From an uncultured Prevotella sp. (GTDB lineage: Bacteria; Bacteroidota; Bacteroidia; Bacteroidales; Bacteroidaceae): 64,000 nt of DNA. The stretch spans positions 52,603 through 116,602 of the forward strand of contig CAJOIX010000001.1 of assembly GCA_905234815.1 (NCBI GenBank), in the 5' to 3' direction. The position numbers were made by a program, and so were the translations under genes. Below are positions 38,280 to 47,277 of the stretch, piece by piece. The notes beneath the pieces are model-generated. The model ran no database searches and was not told where the DNA came from. It saw only the letters and a list, made by a program, of their open reading frames with translations. How positions within the stretch are numbered: position 1 is the stretch's first letter; each line of letters starts with the position of its first letter.

Positions 38280-38342
38280 TTTTTTAATTCCCTATAAAAC
38301 AAAAATCGTCAACTTCTTTCAGGGTTAAGATATTTCCCAATG

Positions 38343-38377
38343 TAAAAAATCGGCAGGAGGGTTGCTCCTGCCGATTG
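38343..38377 (-). terminator. Intrinsic terminator of the lipoprotein gene
   Basis: AATCGGCAGGAG / CTCCTGCCGATT 12-bp stem with T run on the minus strand. Confidence 0.85.
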
Positions 38378-38429
38378 GCGTATTGTTTATTTTGCTGCGC
38401 TGGCTGAATAGCCGCGCAAGAGATAAATT

Positions 38430-40175
38430 CTACTTGACCTCACGCACGAGGCGCACATTTCGCCCGTAGCTGCGATTAGCGCTGGTAAACTTCACTTCGT
38501 AACTGTTGAAGCGCATTTGGTAGGCTGAAATGCTACTGCTATTATTACTCGACCAGTAGTACCCTTGGGAACCTGCATCCTTCACAGTCGTGCCCTCCGT
38601 GCCCGCGCGGTTGCCCCCAGCCGGCAGGAAGACACAACCTTTGGCCTCAAGAGCCGTCCACTGGGCGGAAGTACACTTGGTAGCCCAATTACTGATGCCA
38701 TTGACGCGGTCGAGGTGGGCGAACTCTGAGGAGGCGAAGTCAACGCCGTCGGGGAACAGGATGATACCATTCACACCTGTGTCGTCGGTGTCGTCGGTGT
38801 AGATGGTTGCCTCGGTATAGCGTGCTTGGTCGGTCTCGCCCACCTTGCCGCCTGTTTCGCGGGTGTTGAACAGGAAAGCCCATTCTCCGTTAGCGCCGCC
38901 AGTCAGCGTGCGCCATCCGCTGTTGGCGGCATTGCCGCCGTTGGTGATGGCGAGGTTTCCCCAGTCATCCATCAGAGCTTCATTTGCGACGGTGCCGTAG
39001 TCGCCTTGCGTGGTGCTGTTGTTGATGCCGTACCATTTGGTTTCTTTGGAAGTAGTTGCCTTAACAAGGGAGGAAGCGCCTTCATAGGCGAAGAGGTCGA
39101 TGGTGCCGGCTGCACTGAGCATGAGTACGCCGTTGACTGTGATGTTGCCATTGCCATTGGCTGTCTTAGAGGCATCACCGATGTAGTCGTACTGATGCTC
39201 GGCGAACTTCCACGTCCAGTCTGAGAGTGCATCGCCGTCACCGTCGTAGGTTGCCTGCAGGTTACCCTGAGAGAAGTACACCTGGGTGCCGCTGGCATCT
39301 ACGGTGAACTTTCCGCCGATGGCACCCTCGGGCAGGCTGCTGCTCTGCCGTGCCATGCTCACGGTGATGGGCCAGAACTCTGCGTTGCTGAAGGTGATGC
39401 CAGTTTTCTCAAAGGTATAGGTGGTCTCGTCAACGGTAGCGGTGAGCGAGATGGTGGCGCTGCTGCCCGAGGCGGGGAAGGCTACATAGATAATGCCGTC
39501 GCCATTGGTGGTGTAGGTGCTGCTGGGGATGTCGCTCAGCGTCATGGTAGATGTGCCGTCGCTGATGGTGAAGGCCGAGGGGTTGATCGTCGCAGCGGTG
39601 CTCGCGTCCTTCAGGGTGAACTTGATGATGGCCTGCTGGCTCTCGAACGTGGCGATCTCGTTCACGGTGAACGACGACGAGGTCACGCTGCTCACGGTTA
39701 CCGTTGCGGTGGCGTAGTCGCAGTTAGCAGCGATATAGGCGAGCGTGCCATTCTGGCTGGTGTAATCGTCGCTGCAGAACTTCAGCAGGAGTTCGTCGCC
39801 AGTCTTGATGGCTGTTTCGCTGGTGAGTTCGCCCTTGAGCACGACGCTCTCGCCAGACGACTGGGCTGTGAGCGTGCCTGTGAGGGCTGCGCTCTGCGTG
39901 TTGTTATATACGGTTACCTCTTCGCCCGCTGCCCATGTGGCCGTGAGCACGTTGCCCGATTCGGAGAGGGCGCGGAGTATGCCTTTGTCGTTGGCTGCAA
40001 TGCCGCTGGCGTCGCTGCCCTTCGAGGCGTCCAGGGTGACAAAGTAGGTGTGGGCCGTGGGGTTTACCTCGGGCTCATCGATGACTGCGTTGCTGCTGTT
40101 GTCTGAGCAAGCGCTGAAGCCGAGACCTGCTGCGAGCAAGGTGGCCAGACTGAAAATCCTTGATGTCGTTTTCAT
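38430..40175 (-). CDS. Surface lipoprotein, fimbrillin-like N-terminus with C-terminal CLec-like domain
   Basis: Lipobox FSAC; WAAGEEVTVY, VYFSQGNLQ, WRTLT..EW, CVFLPAGG, GYYWSS, RSYGRNVRLV. Confidence 0.8.
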   Translation of the reverse strand: MKTTSRIFSLATLLAAGLGFSACSDNSSNAVIDEPEVNPTAHTYFVTLDASKGSDASGIAANDKGILRALSESGNVLTATWAAGEEVTVYNNTQSAALTGTLTAQSSGESVVLKGELTSETAIKTGDELLLKFCSDDYTSQNGTLAYIAANCDYATATVTVSSVTSSSFTVNEIATFESQQAIIKFTLKDASTAATINPSAFTISDGTSTMTLSDIPSSTYTTNGDGIIYVAFPASGSSATISLTATVDETTYTFEKTGITFSNAEFWPITVSMARQSSSLPEGAIGGKFTVDASGTQVYFSQGNLQATYDGDGDALSDWTWKFAEHQYDYIGDASKTANGNGNITVNGVLMLSAAGTIDLFAYEGASSLVKATTSKETKWYGINNSTTQGDYGTVANEALMDDWGNLAITNGGNAANSGWRTLTGGANGEWAFLFNTRETGGKVGETDQARYTEATIYTDDTDDTGVNGIILFPDGVDFASSEFAHLDRVNGISNWATKCTSAQWTALEAKGCVFLPAGGNRAGTEGTTVKDAGSQGYYWSSNNSSSISAYQMRFNSYEVKFTSANRSYGRNVRLVREVK

Positions 40176-40233
40176 CTTTTAATTTTACGATTTTACAATT
40201 TGACAATTTTACTACAGACGTTTCGCAGGTTCA

Positions 40234-40377
40234 TTACCAAACCTGCTCTTCCTTCGATGTGTAGCCGCCGCGCGTGGCAGTTACCTGCTGTCCGCTCTCT
40301 GAGGCTTCCATGAGCATCTGCGAATTCTCTACGCGCACGGTTTTCATCGCCGGCGTTGTGTACTTGTTGTGTTTCAT
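40234..40377 (-). CDS. Unannotated 47-aa peptide with YxxP leader-like motif (alternative in-frame start at 40404)
   Basis: MKHNKYTTPAMKTVRVENSQMLMEASESGQQVTATRGGYTSKEEQVW; A-rich TIR; directly upstream of the lipoprotein. Confidence 0.7.
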   Translation of the reverse strand: MKHNKYTTPAMKTVRVENSQMLMEASESGQQVTATRGGYTSKEEQVW

Positions 40378-40421
40378 TTTTGTTTTAATTTTAATGTGTT
40401 TCATTTTTGTTTTAATTTTAA
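40368..40421. repeat. Perfect 27-bp tandem duplication covering the peptide start region
   Basis: TGTGTTTCATTTTTGTTTTAATTTTAA x2. Confidence 0.9.
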
Positions 40422-40459
40422 ATGGTTACTTATTATTGTTTCATTATTTCACACACGCA

Positions 40460-40655
40460 AGCAGCACGCCTGCAGGTGCTGTGGTGCTACCTGCAGGCGT
40501 GCTGCTGCGGGCCGCTGCGTGCGCAGCGGTCGGTATATGAGCGCAGGTTACTTGCGCTTTTTGGGGGGGGCGAATTTAAAGCCTGTGTTTGATGAGGTCA
40601 TTTTTGACGTAAAACTTTGGGGGCGAAAGTAAGTAATAATGCAGAAATGAACAAA
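40460..40655 (-). promoter_or_regulatory. Promoter and structured leader (17-aa uORF with C8 run, three hairpins)
   Basis: TTTG-N20-TACTTTCG (40624-40655); uORF 40548-40601; hairpins 40540-40558, 40512-40529 and 40460-40506 (18-bp perfect stem). Confidence 0.6.
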
Positions 40656-40789
40656 AAAAACAATGAAAAAAATGAAACCTGAAACCAGAAACCTGAAACA
40701 CTGAAAAAAAGAATGGAAAAATTTGCAGTGAAACAATAAATTTGTAACTTTACGCTCAGAAACCTAAACTATACAATTAATATTTTCCT

Positions 40790-42733
40790 ATGAGTTACTT
40801 GCGATTTGAAAAGGCCTTGATGACCAATCTGCAAGAATCGCTACCCAAAGAACTTCTGCGCACCAATCGCTCCGGCGCCTATTCGTGCTCGACGATTGTT
40901 GATTGCAACATCCGCAAATACCACGGACTGTTGGTAGTGCCTGTTCCCGAGTTGGACGATGAGAACCATGTGCTGCTCTCATCGTTCGATGCCACAGTGG
41001 TGCAGCATGGCGCAGAGTTTAACCTCGGCTTGCACAAGTATCAAGGCAACGTGTACAGTCCTAATGGGCATAAGTACATCAGAGAATTCGATGCCGACAA
41101 AATTCCTACCACCATCTATCGTGTGGGCGGTGTCATACTGAAGAAGGAATTTCTCTTCCAGAACTATGAAGACCGCATCCTGATTCGCTACACACTGATG
41201 GATGCCCACTCGCCCACGACACTGCGCTTCCGCCCGTTCCTGGCTTTCCGCAGTGTGCGCCAGTTCACACACGAGAACCCTGTGGCATCGCGCGAGTATC
41301 ATGAAGTGGACAACGGAATCACCACCTGTATGTATGCAGGCTACCCCAACCTCTATATGCAGTTCTCCAAGAAGTGTCAGTTCATTTTCCAGCCCGACTG
41401 GTATCGCGGCATAGAATATCCCAAAGAGCAAGAGCGCGGATACGACAGCCGTGAAGACCTCTACGTGCCTGGCTATTTTGAGCTGCCGATTAAAAAAGGC
41501 GAGAGCATTGTCTTCGCCGCAGGTACCTCCGAAATTAAAACCTCCGGGCTGAAGAAACTCTTCGACCAAGAAGTGTCCTACCGTCCGCCACGCGACAATA
41601 TGTTCCACTGTCTGGTCAATGCCGCCCACCAGTTCCACCTGCGCATGAAAAACGATGATCGCTACCTGCTGGCCGGCTATCCCTGGTTCAAGTGTCGCGC
41701 GCGCGATACCTTTATATCATTACCCGGTCTGACACTCTCCATCGGCGAGCGCGACTACTTCGAATTAGTCATGCAGACGGCCGAACGCGAACTGCGCAAC
41801 TTCATGGACGGCAAACCGCAAGGAAAAATCACCGAGATAGATATGCCCGATGTGCCCCTTTGGGCAGTATGGGCCATTCAGCAGTACGCTCGCGAAGTGG
41901 GAAAGGAAGCCTGCTTCGAGAAATATGGCGCGCTGCTCAAAGACATCATTACCTATATAGAAGCAGGGAAACACCCCAACCTCCAGCTTCACGACAACGG
42001 ACTCCTCTATGCCAACGGCCGCAATCGCGCCATCACCTGGATGAACTCCACAGCCAATGGCCGTCCCGTGGTGCCGCGCACTGGCTACATAGTAGAGTTC
42101 AATGCCCTCTGGTACAATGCCCTGAAATTCGTGGCCAGCTTGGCCGAAAACCAAGGCGACAAGAAGTTTGCAAGCCGATTGGAAAAACTGGCTGCCAAGA
42201 CGCAGGAGTCGTTTGTAAATACCTTCCTCAATGAGTATGGCTACCTCTACGACTATGTGGATGGCACGGTGGCCGACTGGAGCGTGCGGCCAAACATGAT
42301 TTTTGCCGTGGCACTCGACTATTCGCCGCTGACACAGGAACAGAAGAAATCGGTACTCGACATCTGTACGAAAGAACTCTCTACGCCGAAGGGACTGCGC
42401 ACCCTCTCGCCCAAGAGCGGCGGCTACAACCCGATGTATGTGGGTCCGCAAGTGCAACGCGACTACGCCTATCATCAGGGCACAGCATGGCCCTGGCTGG
42501 GCGGATTCTATCTTGAAGCCTGTCTGAAACTCTACAAGCGTACACGATTGAGTTTCGTAGAGCGGCAAATGGTGGGTTACGAGGACGAAATGGCTTACCA
42601 CTGCCTCGGAAGCATCAGCGAGGTGTTCGACGGCAACCCGCCGTTCCATGGCCGCGGTGCAACATCGTTCGCCATGAATGTAGGCGAGATACTCCGCACG
42701 TTCGCGCTACTCGAAAAATATAAATACCAATAA
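40790..42733 (+). CDS. Glycogen debranching enzyme / amylo-alpha-1,6-glucosidase family
   Basis: RKYHGLL, AGYPWF..ARDTFISLPGL, TWM, VEFNALWYNAL, RPN, GLRTLSP, YHQGTAWPW. Confidence 0.92.
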   Translation: MSYLRFEKALMTNLQESLPKELLRTNRSGAYSCSTIVDCNIRKYHGLLVVPVPELDDENHVLLSSFDATVVQHGAEFNLGLHKYQGNVYSPNGHKYIREFDADKIPTTIYRVGGVILKKEFLFQNYEDRILIRYTLMDAHSPTTLRFRPFLAFRSVRQFTHENPVASREYHEVDNGITTCMYAGYPNLYMQFSKKCQFIFQPDWYRGIEYPKEQERGYDSREDLYVPGYFELPIKKGESIVFAAGTSEIKTSGLKKLFDQEVSYRPPRDNMFHCLVNAAHQFHLRMKNDDRYLLAGYPWFKCRARDTFISLPGLTLSIGERDYFELVMQTAERELRNFMDGKPQGKITEIDMPDVPLWAVWAIQQYAREVGKEACFEKYGALLKDIITYIEAGKHPNLQLHDNGLLYANGRNRAITWMNSTANGRPVVPRTGYIVEFNALWYNALKFVASLAENQGDKKFASRLEKLAAKTQESFVNTFLNEYGYLYDYVDGTVADWSVRPNMIFAVALDYSPLTQEQKKSVLDICTKELSTPKGLRTLSPKSGGYNPMYVGPQVQRDYAYHQGTAWPWLGGFYLEACLKLYKRTRLSFVERQMVGYEDEMAYHCLGSISEVFDGNPPFHGRGATSFAMNVGEILRTFALLEKYKYQ

Positions 42734-42753
42734 ATCAGGGAGGAAGAAAAACT

Positions 42754-44022
42754 ATGAAAGTACTAATGTTTGGATGGGAATATCCTCCTCATGTGTTTGG
42801 CGGACTCGCAACTGCCAACTATGGTATCAGTGAAGGCCTCCATGCCCAGGGCGATATGGACATCACGCTGTGTCTGCCAAAGCCCTTTGGCGACGAAGAG
42901 CAGGACGCCTGCCGCATTGTGGGCATGAACTGTGTGCCCATTGCCTGGCGCGACGTCAGCCGCGAATATGTGGAGAGCCGCATCGGAAATATCTGCAGCC
43001 CGGATCTCTATTACGAACTGCGCAACCATATCTACAGCGATTTCAACTACATGCACGTCAACGATCTCGGCTGCATGGAGTTTGCAGGAGGCTATCCGCA
43101 AAACCTGCACGAAGAAATCAACAACTATTCCATCATAGCAGGCGTCGTGGCGCGCACCTTCGACTTCGATATCATTCACGCTCACGACTGGCTGACCTAT
43201 CCCGCAGGTATCCATGCGAAGAAGGTAAGCGGCAAACCTCTGTGCATACACGTTCATGCTACCGACTTCGACCGTTCGCGCGGAAAAGTGAACCCCACGG
43301 TGTATGGAATAGAAAAAGACGGTATGGACAATGCCGACTGCATCATGTGTGTGTCGGAACTGACACGCCAGACCGTGATTCATCAGTATCATCAAGACCC
43401 GCGCAAGTGCTTCACCGTGCACAATGCCGTATATCCGCTCAAGCCGGAGTTCGATGCCATCCCGCGTCCCGACCATACCGGAAAGGAGAAAGTGGTGACC
43501 TTCTTGGGGCGAATTACCATGCAGAAAGGTCCGGAATACTTTGTCGAAGCAGCCAATATGGTGCTTCAGCGTACGCGCAACATCCGCTTCTGCTTTGCCG
43601 GCAGTGGCGACATGATGGAAGCAATGATCTATCTGGCAGCCCAGCGAGGCATTGCCGACCGATTCCACTTCCCCGGATTCATGCGCGGAAAGCAAGTATA
43701 TGAGTGTCTGAAAGACTCCGATGTGTATGTCATGCCATCCGTGTCAGAGCCCTTCGGTATCTCGCCGCTCGAAGCAATGCAGTGCGGAACGCCCACCATT
43801 ATCTCCAAACAGAGTGGCTGTGCTGAAATCCTTCACAACTGCATCAAGATTGACTATTGGGACATTCACGCACTGGCCGACGCCATCTACTCCATCTGCA
43901 ACAACGAAAGCCTCTTCCATTATCTGCAGGAAGAGGGTAAACGCGAAGTAGATCAAATCACTTGGGAGAAAGTTGGCGCTTGGATACGCACCCTCTATCT
44001 GCGTACCCTCGGCTGGAACTGA
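42754..44022 (+). CDS. GT4 glycosyltransferase (glycogen synthase-like)
   Basis: MFGWEYPP..GGL, HAHDWLT, GRITMQKGP, PSVSEPFGISPLEAM. Confidence 0.92.
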   Translation: MKVLMFGWEYPPHVFGGLATANYGISEGLHAQGDMDITLCLPKPFGDEEQDACRIVGMNCVPIAWRDVSREYVESRIGNICSPDLYYELRNHIYSDFNYMHVNDLGCMEFAGGYPQNLHEEINNYSIIAGVVARTFDFDIIHAHDWLTYPAGIHAKKVSGKPLCIHVHATDFDRSRGKVNPTVYGIEKDGMDNADCIMCVSELTRQTVIHQYHQDPRKCFTVHNAVYPLKPEFDAIPRPDHTGKEKVVTFLGRITMQKGPEYFVEAANMVLQRTRNIRFCFAGSGDMMEAMIYLAAQRGIADRFHFPGFMRGKQVYECLKDSDVYVMPSVSEPFGISPLEAMQCGTPTIISKQSGCAEILHNCIKIDYWDIHALADAIYSICNNESLFHYLQEEGKREVDQITWEKVGAWIRTLYLRTLGWN

Positions 44023-44121
44023 GAAATAACGAAAAGAAAAAGTAAAAAAGAAATAATTTAGGCCCATGCTCCTGTCTGCGGTCTTCCCCCAAATCGGGGG
44101 ATATGAGGGGGGCTTCAATTT

Positions 44122-45555
44122 ATGAAAGCAATCTGTTTATATTTTGAGATTCATCAGATTATTCATCTCAAGCGGTATCGCTTCTTCGATATCGGTACCG
44201 ACCATTATTACTACGATGACTATGAGAACGAGCGCACCATCACCGACACGGCCGAACGCTCGTACATGCCGGCGCTGAACACGCTGCACGACATGATAAA
44301 GGCCCATGGCAAATACTTTAAAGTGGCCTTCTCTATCTCGGGTGTGGCTATGGAACAACTGGAATACTACGCTCCGCAGGTGATTGAAAAACTGCAGGAA
44401 ATGGCCAAGACCGGCTGCGTGGAATTTCTGGCAGAGCCTTACTCGCATGGCCTTTCGTCGCTGGCCAACGAGGAAACCTTTGCACTTGAAGTGAAGCAGC
44501 AGGCCGCCAAGATGGAGGAATACTTCGGACAAAAGCCGAAAGTGCTGCGCAACTCATCGCTTATCTATAACGACCAGATTGGTTATCAGGCCTACGAGAT
44601 GGGTTTCAAAGGCATGTTGACCGAGGGAGCCAAGCATGTGCTCGGCTGGAAGTCGGCACACTATGTCTATAACTGCGCCTTGGCGCCGAAGTTGAAACTC
44701 CTGTTGCGCGACATTCAGCTCTCCGACGACATCTCGCTGCGTTTCAACAACTCTGAGTGGGACGAGTATCCGCTGTTTGCCGATCGCTACTTGGACAAGA
44801 TCATGGCGCTGCCCGAAGAGAAGCAGCTGGTGAATATCTTTATGGAACTCTCGGCCATTGGCATTGCTCAGCCGCTGTCGAGCAACATTCTTGAATTCCT
44901 CAAGGCTATTCCAGTCTGTGCCAAAGAGCGCGGCTGCGTGTTCATGACTCCAACAGAAGTGATCACCAAGATGAAGTCTGTGGGCGACTTGAACGTTCCC
45001 GATACGCTTTCGTGGACCGACGAAGAGCGCGATGTCAGTTGCTGGCTCGGTAATCCAATGCAGCGCGAAGCCTTCGAAAAACTCTATTCCGTGGCCGATC
45101 GTGTGCGAATTGCCAACGACCCGAAAATCAATATGGACTTCTCCTACCTTCAGGCATCGAACAATTTCCGTTTCATGACTACCAAACCGTCGAATATCGG
45201 GCTGAACATGGGCATCTATTCCAGCCCCTTCGATGCGTTCACCAACTACATGAATATCCTGGGCGACTTCATTTCTCGCGTCAATGAACTTTATCCCGAA
45301 GAGATTGACAACGATGAACTCAACGCACTGCTCACCACAATCAAGAATCAGGACGATGAGATTACTCGACAGGAAGAGGAAATTGAGCGTCTGCGTTCGA
45401 AACTCATGAAACTCGAATCGGCTGAAGAGGAGAAACCAGAGGCAGAGGTGAAGCCGCAAGAAAAGCCCGCCAAGGCTAAAAAAGTGGCTCCCAAAAAGCC
45501 TGCTGCAGCAAAGAAAACAACTCCGAATTCTAAAAAAGAAGTGGTGAAAAAGTAA
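44122..45555 (+). CDS. GH57 family alpha-amylase with coiled-coil/Lys-rich tail
   Basis: YFEIHQ, SYMPA, FSISG, AEPYSH, LSDDISLRF, SWTDEERD. Confidence 0.9.
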   Translation: MKAICLYFEIHQIIHLKRYRFFDIGTDHYYYDDYENERTITDTAERSYMPALNTLHDMIKAHGKYFKVAFSISGVAMEQLEYYAPQVIEKLQEMAKTGCVEFLAEPYSHGLSSLANEETFALEVKQQAAKMEEYFGQKPKVLRNSSLIYNDQIGYQAYEMGFKGMLTEGAKHVLGWKSAHYVYNCALAPKLKLLLRDIQLSDDISLRFNNSEWDEYPLFADRYLDKIMALPEEKQLVNIFMELSAIGIAQPLSSNILEFLKAIPVCAKERGCVFMTPTEVITKMKSVGDLNVPDTLSWTDEERDVSCWLGNPMQREAFEKLYSVADRVRIANDPKINMDFSYLQASNNFRFMTTKPSNIGLNMGIYSSPFDAFTNYMNILGDFISRVNELYPEEIDNDELNALLTTIKNQDDEITRQEEEIERLRSKLMKLESAEEEKPEAEVKPQEKPAKAKKVAPKKPAAAKKTTPNSKKEVVKK

Positions 45556-45563
45556 GATAAAAA

Positions 45564-45739
45564 TTTGTCAGTACCTGACATAAGACTTATATTTGTAGCA
45601 CTTTTAATTCCGCTATTCTCATTAGATAGAAAGCGATGTCCTTCGCCTTCCAATCTATAAGCGGATTTTTAGGATTTCGTTATTATTTTCCGAAATCACA
45701 GTATGAGGTTGGCGCTTCCTGTGCCAACCTCTTTTCTTT
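45564..45739 (+). ncRNA. Candidate stand-alone sRNA (~140 nt) with own promoter, palindromic operator and terminator
   Basis: TTTG 45564-67, N20, TATATTTG 45588-95; hairpins 45606-68 and 45673-97; terminator 45705-39. Confidence 0.6.
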
Positions 45740-45830
45740 ATACAGATCACGAAGGTTGGTTTTGCGTAAAGGAAAAAGTTGTGTACCTTTGTGGCAGAAA
45801 CATTCAACCGTTCATTCCTTAGATAGAATC

Positions 45831-47222
45831 ATGGCAAAGGATAAAGTGATGTATGTCTGCGAAAACTGCGGACAAGAGTCAGGTCGCTGGATAGGCAAGT
45901 GCCCCAGTTGCGGCCAATGGAACACTTTTAAGGAAATCCGCGTGGCAGCCGGTACGGGCCAGCAGGCCGCCAAATCGGCTGCAGCCGCAGTGCGTTCGCG
46001 CCATGGAAGCGAGAACAAGCCTTTGCGTTTGAAAGATATCAGCCGCCAGGATGTGCCGCGCATTGATATGTGCGATGAGGAATTGAACCGCGTATTGGGC
46101 GGAGGATTGGTTGTAGGTTCGCTTGTGCTCTTGGGCGGCGAGCCCGGAATAGGCAAGAGTACGCTCACACTGCAGACCGTCTTGCATCTGCACGACAAGC
46201 GGGTGCTCTACGTCAGCGGCGAGGAAAGTGCCCACCAGCTGAAGATGCGTGCCGAACGGTTGGCTCAGGGGCCACTCCCAGACAATACGCTGATACTTTG
46301 CGAAACATCGCTTGAAGCCATTCTCGATCATGTGCAGAACGAACTGCCCGACTTGATGATTGTCGATTCCATTCAGACCATTGCTACAGAAGAAGTGGAC
46401 TCGTCGCCAGGCAGCATATCGCAAGTGCGTGAATGTGCCGCAGCGCTGTTGCGATTTGCCAAGTCGAGCAACATTCCCGTCATCCTGATTGGCCACATCA
46501 ATAAAGAAGGAACCATAGCCGGTCCCAAGATTTTGGAGCATATCGTAGATACGGTCATACAGTTCGAGGGCGATCAGCATCATCTCTACCGCATCTTGCG
46601 TTCCATAAAAAACCGCTTTGGCTCCACCTCCGAACTGGGCATCTACGAGATGCGCCAAGACGGTTTGCGGCAGGTGAGCAATCCGAGCGAGCTTCTGCTC
46701 TCTACCGACCACGACGGACTCTCCGGCGTGGCCATCAGTTCGGCCATCGAGGGAGTGCGTCCTTTCCTGGTTGAGACACAAGCCCTGGTGTCAACAGCGG
46801 CCTATGGCACACCGCAGCGTTCAGCCACGGGATTTGACCAGCGGCGGTTGAATATGCTGCTGGCCGTTTTAGAGAAACGCGTGGGCTTCAAACTGATACA
46901 GAAAGACGTGTTTGTCAACATTGCCGGCGGTCTGCGTGTAACAGATTTGGCCATGGATCTCAGCGTCTTGGCAGCCGTTTTGTCGAGCAATGTCGATACG
47001 CCGATCGAGCCAGGCTGGTGTATGTGCGGCGAAGTAGGGCTGAGCGGCGAGGTGAGACCCGTGAGCCGTATTGAGCAGCGCATAGCTGAAGCCGAGAAAC
47101 TGGGTTTTACCGATATGATTCTGCCGCAAAACAACATGACGGGCATTGACCCGAAGAAATATAAAATACGCCTGCATCCGGCCCGGAAAGTGGAAGATGC
47201 ATTCCGCGCCTTGTTCGGTTAG
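45831..47222 (+). CDS. radA: DNA repair protein RadA/Sms
   Basis: CENCG..CPSC Zn finger, GEPGIGKST, KNRFG, Lon-like GEVGLSGEVR; promoter TACCTTTG 45784-45791. Confidence 0.97.
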   Translation: MAKDKVMYVCENCGQESGRWIGKCPSCGQWNTFKEIRVAAGTGQQAAKSAAAAVRSRHGSENKPLRLKDISRQDVPRIDMCDEELNRVLGGGLVVGSLVLLGGEPGIGKSTLTLQTVLHLHDKRVLYVSGEESAHQLKMRAERLAQGPLPDNTLILCETSLEAILDHVQNELPDLMIVDSIQTIATEEVDSSPGSISQVRECAAALLRFAKSSNIPVILIGHINKEGTIAGPKILEHIVDTVIQFEGDQHHLYRILRSIKNRFGSTSELGIYEMRQDGLRQVSNPSELLLSTDHDGLSGVAISSAIEGVRPFLVETQALVSTAAYGTPQRSATGFDQRRLNMLLAVLEKRVGFKLIQKDVFVNIAGGLRVTDLAMDLSVLAAVLSSNVDTPIEPGWCMCGEVGLSGEVRPVSRIEQRIAEAEKLGFTDMILPQNNMTGIDPKKYKIRLHPARKVEDAFRALFG

Positions 47223-47277
47223 TTCAAAAAATAGGGGCTACGCTCAATAATTGCGCTTGCCCCCCGTTCACAAAACA

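Noticed and set aside
38430-40175. Complete diversity-generating retroelement
   Set aside because: No template repeat, reverse transcriptase or Avd in the window; kept only as a possible remote target.
38130-40574. TT(G/C)GCCCCCCCC inverted pair as inversion sites around the lipoprotein cassette
   Set aside because: Low-complexity 11/12 match and no recombinase nearby.
45636-45830. 65-aa N-terminal extension of RadA
   Set aside because: Runs through a terminator and the radA promoter; the RadA-like sequence starts at ATG 45831.
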